DNA of 64,000 bases from an uncultured bacterium (lineage in GTDB: Bacteria; Omnitrophota; Omnitrophia; Omnitrophales; Aquincolibacteriaceae), in NCBI GenBank assembly GCA_964482725.1, contig CAYZYT010000007.1, forward strand, positions 87,945 through 151,944. Direction: 5' to 3'. The notes under the pieces are model-generated. The model was given only the letters and a program-made list of their open reading frames with translations. It was not told the DNA's origin and made no database searches. The translations under genes and the position numbers were made by a program. Position 1 is the stretch's first letter; every line of letters starts with the position of its first letter. Positions 59,951 to 64,000 of this stretch are shown here, in pieces.

Positions 59951-60045
59951 TATCTCTTGCGCGCTTCAAGGCGCTCCGATTTTTATTTTAGATCGCGGCA
60001 AAATCGAAACAACGCCGATTCCCAATTAGGAAAAAATCATTACTA

Positions 60046-60116
60046 GGCGCGGTAGCAAAGTGGTAATGCATCGGTCTGCAAAACCGATATCGGCGGTTCA
60101 ATTCCGCCCCGCGCCT
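60046..60116 (+). tRNA. tRNA-Cys (GCA)
   Basis: GGCGCGG/CCGCGCC acceptor. Anticodon loop cuGCAaa. T-loop GGTTCAATTCC. Confidence 0.9.
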
Positions 60117-60148
60117 CCAGTCTTCTCTTATCTGCCGTCAATTAAAGT

Positions 60149-60236
60149 GCCCGAGTGGCGGAATCGGCAGACGCACCGGACTTAAAATCCGTTGGGGAGT
60201 TAAATCCCTGTGCCAGTTCAAGTCTGGCCTCGGGCA
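60149..60236 (+). tRNA. tRNA-Leu (UAA), long variable arm
   Basis: GCCCGAG/CTCGGGC acceptor. Anticodon loop cuUAAaa. 88 nt with extended variable arm. Confidence 0.85.
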
Positions 60237-60698
60237 TTTTTTTAGGTCCTGCCACGATCTCCCATGTTTTTTCAGTCTCCCGCGGGGTTGTCCCTCGTCG
60301 AATGGAGCAGGGTGTGTTTTCCTCTGACTTGATCTCAACATTAATTCAATCTTTGAAAATTTTGAAGGTCCCGCCAACCTTAATTTTTTTTCATAAAAAT
60401 TGCATTGTTTCGATTTTTCTTCTACGGTTTTTCTTTGGGGTGGTGTCCTGGGGTGGTGTTTTTATGAATTTTTTTTAACATTCTTGAATGGAATATTGTC
60501 TTACCTACCTTTAAAAGCACTTTAGCAATATGTGAAAATAATCGTAAGTTGTTTGCCAGCAACATGTTACGAGTGTTGACAAGGCGCAAAAGGCATGTTA
60601 GTCTTTAGCCAGGTAATGGAATTGATAAATGCTTAGGCGCTTCTCTCTACGGTATCAGGACAGGGCCGATAAAAATCCGGTTGCGAAAGGGCGAGAAA

Positions 60699-63600
60699 AT
60701 GAATACAAGAAATAGTCATTTTTTTCAGCGTCGGCATTCCATTCCCAAAAAGGTCTTAGCTGCTTTTGTAATCCTCTCATTTTTCTTTTCCCAAGCGATC
60801 CCTGCCGGTTTTGCGGACATCACGCTTCGCTCTGAAGCCCGCGTGACGCCCTATCAGCCAGAGACCGATGCGACCGGAGATACGTCCAATTCTCCGCAGT
60901 CCAACGCGACGCCGACCCCGGTTGATCCAACAGCGACTTTTTTGCAGAACCAGCTTCACTTGGTCCCATCGGTTTCGCCCCAGACCGATCAACAAATCTC
61001 TGCTCAGAATGTCCGGGAGGCTTCGGAGTATTCCTTTGACCAGGCGGCTGATTATTTGACGCCCGATTATGCCGCTGCGGTGATCGTGAAAGATGTTACG
61101 GCCGAAGATCTTCGCAGTTTGGTTCGCAGTGCTGTGGAGGTAGGGATCGCGGTCATTCGCGGGAAGATCGTGATGTTCACGACCGGCAGTCAAAGTGAAT
61201 TGCGTGCGAATCCTGTCGCGCAGTCTCTGTTGAATGAATCTCCCCTTATTATTCATACCCACCCTGTGGGAACTCGGGCCGAGCCCAGTCCTCTGGATTT
61301 CGAACAAGCTGGAAGCCGTACCGAGTATGTGATCACTGAAGAGGGTGTGTATGCCTATAACCATGAGGGTCTGGTCAGTCCCGTCCCCATGAGCGAGGAA
61401 GACCTTGCGGGGTTGGTGGAAACGGCTCACACGCCGGAAGCCTCGACTGTCGAAGCTCGCACGATCCTGAACAAATTTATTGCGGAGATCGATCACTACA
61501 ACTCCGATCCGACCCCGTACGCGGTTTATCGTTCTGCTCAGCCGATCTCGATCCTCCCGGGACGACCGGCGCTTGGCGCATGGAGCAGCCTCACGGCGCC
61601 TGATCCGATTGTGACCCAGCTTTCTACCGGTGAGTTTGCAGCCGCTTATGACGTTTCCGCCGCCGGAAGTTATGCCGGGGTCACCGTTAATTTTGCGGTG
61701 AACGGCCAGGCATCCCAGGATCTTAGCGGGCTTGGATCTTTCAGCTTTGATGCCAGGAGCACGGTTCCTTGTTTAACGAGCAGTCCGAATCGGTGCATGA
61801 AACTGGAATTCAAAGATGTGAATAATACGAAGGGTGCTTTTGCTATTAATAGTTTCGGAACTACGGATGGGCACATTGAGATCAGTATCAGCACGATCCA
61901 CAGCAAATTTCCCGCCTTGGATCTTACCCGCATTCAAGAGATCAATTTTATTTTTGAGAATGCGCAGAGTCCTGTCAAAGTAGCAACGGTCACTATCAAA
62001 CTGAACGGGCTTTATTTTGAGCCTCCGGTAAATACCCCGAGCACGAACGCGCTAACGGATTTTTCAAATCTTCAGCCTCTCGCCTCTGAAATGGAGCCGT
62101 GCACGGTGAGCGGGGAGAATCCCTGTGCTGCGAGCCATGTTGTGAACACGGTCAACGGATTCACCCAGAGCGGAGCGGGCAGCTATTCTTACAATTACAC
62201 CTTAGAGAACGGGACCGGGAACAATCGGTGGGCGGGTAGTTCGATCACTTTCACGCCGCCGGACGCAGGGAATCCGCTCAGCGGATATTTTAATGCGGCC
62301 TTAAACAATATCGTGCTGGATGTCAGGGTCACAGGCGCGACCTATTACAAAGTGGATGTGGTGGATGCGAACGAAAAGAAAGTGACCGTTCGGGCAAATT
62401 TTGTAAGCGGAAGGCTTGAGATCACGAATGATATTCTGCAATTGGCCGGGGTGAGCGGGTTTGACGCTACTCGGATCGCGAGCCTCGTGATCGTGGTGGA
62501 TGATAAGGCCGCGGGTAGCGGAACGCTCACACTCACGACATCGGGATTGAATTATATCCCCGTGGCGCAAGTAACGACGGCTGCCGTGACGGTGCTTCCG
62601 GGCACCCCCGTCGCCGGTGCGAATTTAGGGACGACTTTTAGCGGTCAGGTTCCGAGCGGGACGAATGTCTTGACGCAGGTTGATGCGGATCATTTTTCGT
62701 TCACTTATGCGCTGCCTGTAGAACCTGAGACGGTGCTTGATGCGGATTCTATTAACGATGATTTTGCGATCGGTCAGATCTCTTGGGGCTATTTTAATGC
62801 CGCGACACCTCCTGTATTTCAGGGAACTCCCGGCAACGTGGGGAGTCCTTTGGTGCTGGCTTTAAAAGCGGACCACGCGATGCGTGTGAAGGTGGAGGTT
62901 TTGGACAATACGGGGGCGAAGGTTCTTTTTTGGGCGGATCTTACCACGAGTTATCAAAATTTCATTTTTGACATCAGCGCGCTGGATGAGACGAAGATCG
63001 CGATGGTGAATTTGGTGGCTGATGTCGCCAAGGGCGGGTCTGCGGGGACGGTTTTTGTTCAGACAAAGAATCTGGAATATATCCCCGTGGTGAAAGGGGA
63101 GACGTATGCCTCCGGATCGTTGACGACGCTTACTTCGGCGCCTGTCGCCGTCGCGAATGTAGGGACGACTTTTAATGGTCAGGTTTCGAACGGGACGAAT
63201 AACTTGACGCAGCCTGACGTCAATAATTTTTCGTTCACGTACAGCCTGCCCACGGAGCCTGAGACCGTGTTGGACGCGGACAGTGAGAACGATGATTTTG
63301 CATACAGCCAGATCTCGTGGGGGTATTTTCTGCCTCCGGGAATGCCGCGTATCAGCGGGATGAATCGCATCCCTAATGTCGGAGTTAGACTGACGATCAC
63401 GGATCCCATTGGCGTGGATTCTTACAATCTTCAATATACTGATGATGCGGGGAAGACGTGGAAGACGGCGCAAAGCAATCTTCCTGTCAGTGGGTCGGGG
63501 ACAACGACTTGGCTTGATGACGGAAGTCTGACGAGCCCGAATCCGTTGGCAGTGAGTGGCCGTTGGTATCGCGCTGTGGTGGATCGATCGCATCAAACTT

Positions 63601-64000
63601 TTATGGGGTTGACTCCTGGGAACGTGGGGAGTCCGTTGGTGCTGGCTTTAAAAGCTGATCATTCGATGCGCGTGAAAGTGGAGGTTGTGGATACGACCGG
63701 GGCCATCGTCAAGTACTGGGTGGATCTTACGACCGTTTCCCAGAACTTCCGTTTTGATATCAGCGCCTTGGATGAGACGAAAATCGCAGCGGTGAATTTT
63801 GTGGTCGATGTTGCCAAGGGAGGGAACGCGGGCACGGTGTCTGTTGAGACAAAAAGCCTTGCGTATGTTCCTTCGGTGAACGGCGTTCCTGCTGTGACTC
63901 CTTCGGATCTTGGCGGCACGATGCCCGGTACCTTAAAAACGGGCACTGATTCTCTTTTCACGTTGGGCCGGGTGTCTGGTTTTGAGACAAGTAAATTTAC
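60699..64000 (+). CDS. Very large secreted repeat protein, 5' part only (at least 1100 codons; ORF runs off the window end). N-terminal domain has a JAMM/MPN-like HxH...SxxD motif. Candidate surface or adhesin-like protein.
   Basis: Hand translation from ATG 60699 gives an uninterrupted frame to 64000. Sec signal peptide MNTRNSHFFQRRHSIPKKVLAAFVILSFFFSQAIPAGFA. Long-range repeats at DNA and protein level. The ORF is absent from the supplied track because no in-window stop exists. Confidence 0.7.
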   Translation, partial: MNTRNSHFFQRRHSIPKKVLAAFVILSFFFSQAIPAGFADITLRSEARVTPYQPETDATGDTSNSPQSNATPTPVDPTATFLQNQLHLVPSVSPQTDQQISAQNVREASEYSFDQAADYLTPDYAAAVIVKDVTAEDLRSLVRSAVEVGIAVIRGKIVMFTTGSQSELRANPVAQSLLNESPLIIHTHPVGTRAEPSPLDFEQAGSRTEYVITEEGVYAYNHEGLVSPVPMSEEDLAGLVETAHTPEASTVEARTILNKFIAEIDHYNSDPTPYAVYRSAQPISILPGRPALGAWSSLTAPDPIVTQLSTGEFAAAYDVSAAGSYAGVTVNFAVNGQASQDLSGLGSFSFDARSTVPCLTSSPNRCMKLEFKDVNNTKGAFAINSFGTTDGHIEISISTIHSKFPALDLTRIQEINFIFENAQSPVKVATVTIKLNGLYFEPPVNTPSTNALTDFSNLQPLASEMEPCTVSGENPCAASHVVNTVNGFTQSGAGSYSYNYTLENGTGNNRWAGSSITFTPPDAGNPLSGYFNAALNNIVLDVRVTGATYYKVDVVDANEKKVTVRANFVSGRLEITNDILQLAGVSGFDATRIASLVIVVDDKAAGSGTLTLTTSGLNYIPVAQVTTAAVTVLPGTPVAGANLGTTFSGQVPSGTNVLTQVDADHFSFTYALPVEPETVLDADSINDDFAIGQISWGYFNAATPPVFQGTPGNVGSPLVLALKADHAMRVKVEVLDNTGAKVLFWADLTTSYQNFIFDISALDETKIAMVNLVADVAKGGSAGTVFVQTKNLEYIPVVKGETYASGSLTTLTSAPVAVANVGTTFNGQVSNGTNNLTQPDVNNFSFTYSLPTEPETVLDADSENDDFAYSQISWGYFLPPGMPRISGMNRIPNVGVRLTITDPIGVDSYNLQYTDDAGKTWKTAQSNLPVSGSGTTTWLDDGSLTSPNPLAVSGRWYRAVVDRSHQTFMGLTPGNVGSPLVLALKADHSMRVKVEVVDTTGAIVKYWVDLTTVSQNFRFDISALDETKIAAVNFVVDVAKGGNAGTVSVETKSLAYVPSVNGVPAVTPSDLGGTMPGTLKTGTDSLFTLGRVSGFETSKF
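62611..63878 (+). repeat. Interspersed long direct repeats inside the large gene: A (~185 nt) at 62611-62795 and 63145-63329; B (~265 nt) at 62826-63090 and 63611-63878
   Basis: Read directly. A encodes VA.AN.GTTF.GQV..GTN.LTQ.D...FSFTY.LP.EPETVLDADS.NDDFA..QISWGYF. B encodes TPGNVGSPLVLALKADH.MRVKVEV.D.TGA.V..W.DLTT..QNF.FDISALDETKIA.VN.V.DVAKGG.AGTV.V.TK.L.Y.P. Confidence 0.8.

Noticed and set aside
60046-60698. Integrase or transposase adjacent to the tRNA pair; mobile element boundaries
   Set aside because: No integrase, transposase or phage-like ORF is present in the window on either side of the tRNAs. The island hypothesis remains inference only and is reported as a finding, not a feature.
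60777-63961. Series of minus-strand ORFs (60777..61496, 61670..61933, 62301..62570, 62862..63596, 63659..63961) listed in the track
   Set aside because: They are antisense fragments of the single long + strand ORF starting at 60699. That ORF has a signal peptide, an RBS and coherent repeated domains, and reads open through to the window end.

Overview
This 64 kb window comes from a compact bacterial chromosome, roughly 55-58% GC. LpxD, LspA, Lgt and lipoproteins indicate a Gram-negative-type envelope. The window is almost entirely core housekeeping. About 70 genes are recognisable and all but three sit on the + strand: lpxD, a SurA-N-like chaperone and a DsbA-like oxidoreductase are on the - strand.

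Recognisable content, in order:
- yggS-proC-yggT, a purine nucleoside phosphorylase, and ileS.
- A membrane sensor histidine kinase, a CheY-like receiver and a GAF/HD-GYP protein.
- A DksA/TraR-like protein with a histone-H1-like lysine-rich repeat tail.
- lspA, lgt and rluD.
- A complete late-stage futalosine (menaquinone) cluster: UbiD/UbiA/UbiX-like, mqnA, a radical-SAM MqnC/E and menG/ubiE.
- ridA, a CAAX protease, apbC/mrp, folE and lpxD.
- A guaB-like gene and guaA, then dnaE, hup, csp, rsmE, mtaB, cvpA, dnaG-rpoD and an orphan receiver.
- tRNA-Ile2/Met(CAU) and RNase P RNA.
- A Bacillus-style PyrR-attenuated pyr operon: pyrR-pyrB-pyrC-carB-pyrK-pyrD-pyrF.
- yicC-gmk-rpoZ, a split coaC/coaB, pfkA, then tRNA-Cys and tRNA-Leu.

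Two regions look accessory or novel:
1. 25.2-30.3 kb: four consecutive prepilin-type genes, then a Thr-rich tandem-repeat secreted protein, then two paralogous Cys-rich secreted proteins sharing a C-terminal module ending C-x-PAVTATC, then a convergent DsbA-like gene with a CPFS (not CxxC) active site. No pilus assembly ATPase, platform or secretin is in the window.
2. 60.7 kb to the window end: a very large (>1100 aa, truncated by the window) Sec-secreted protein directly downstream of the tRNA-Cys/tRNA-Leu pair and a ~460 nt non-coding spacer. It has internal ~185-nt and ~265-nt long-range DNA repeats and an N-terminal domain with a JAMM/MPN-like HxH...SxxD motif. This ORF is missing from the supplied ORF track because it has no stop in the window; I translated it by hand.

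No CRISPR array, transposase, integrase or prophage genes were seen. Most minus-strand ORFs in the track are antisense artefacts of high-GC coding sequence.
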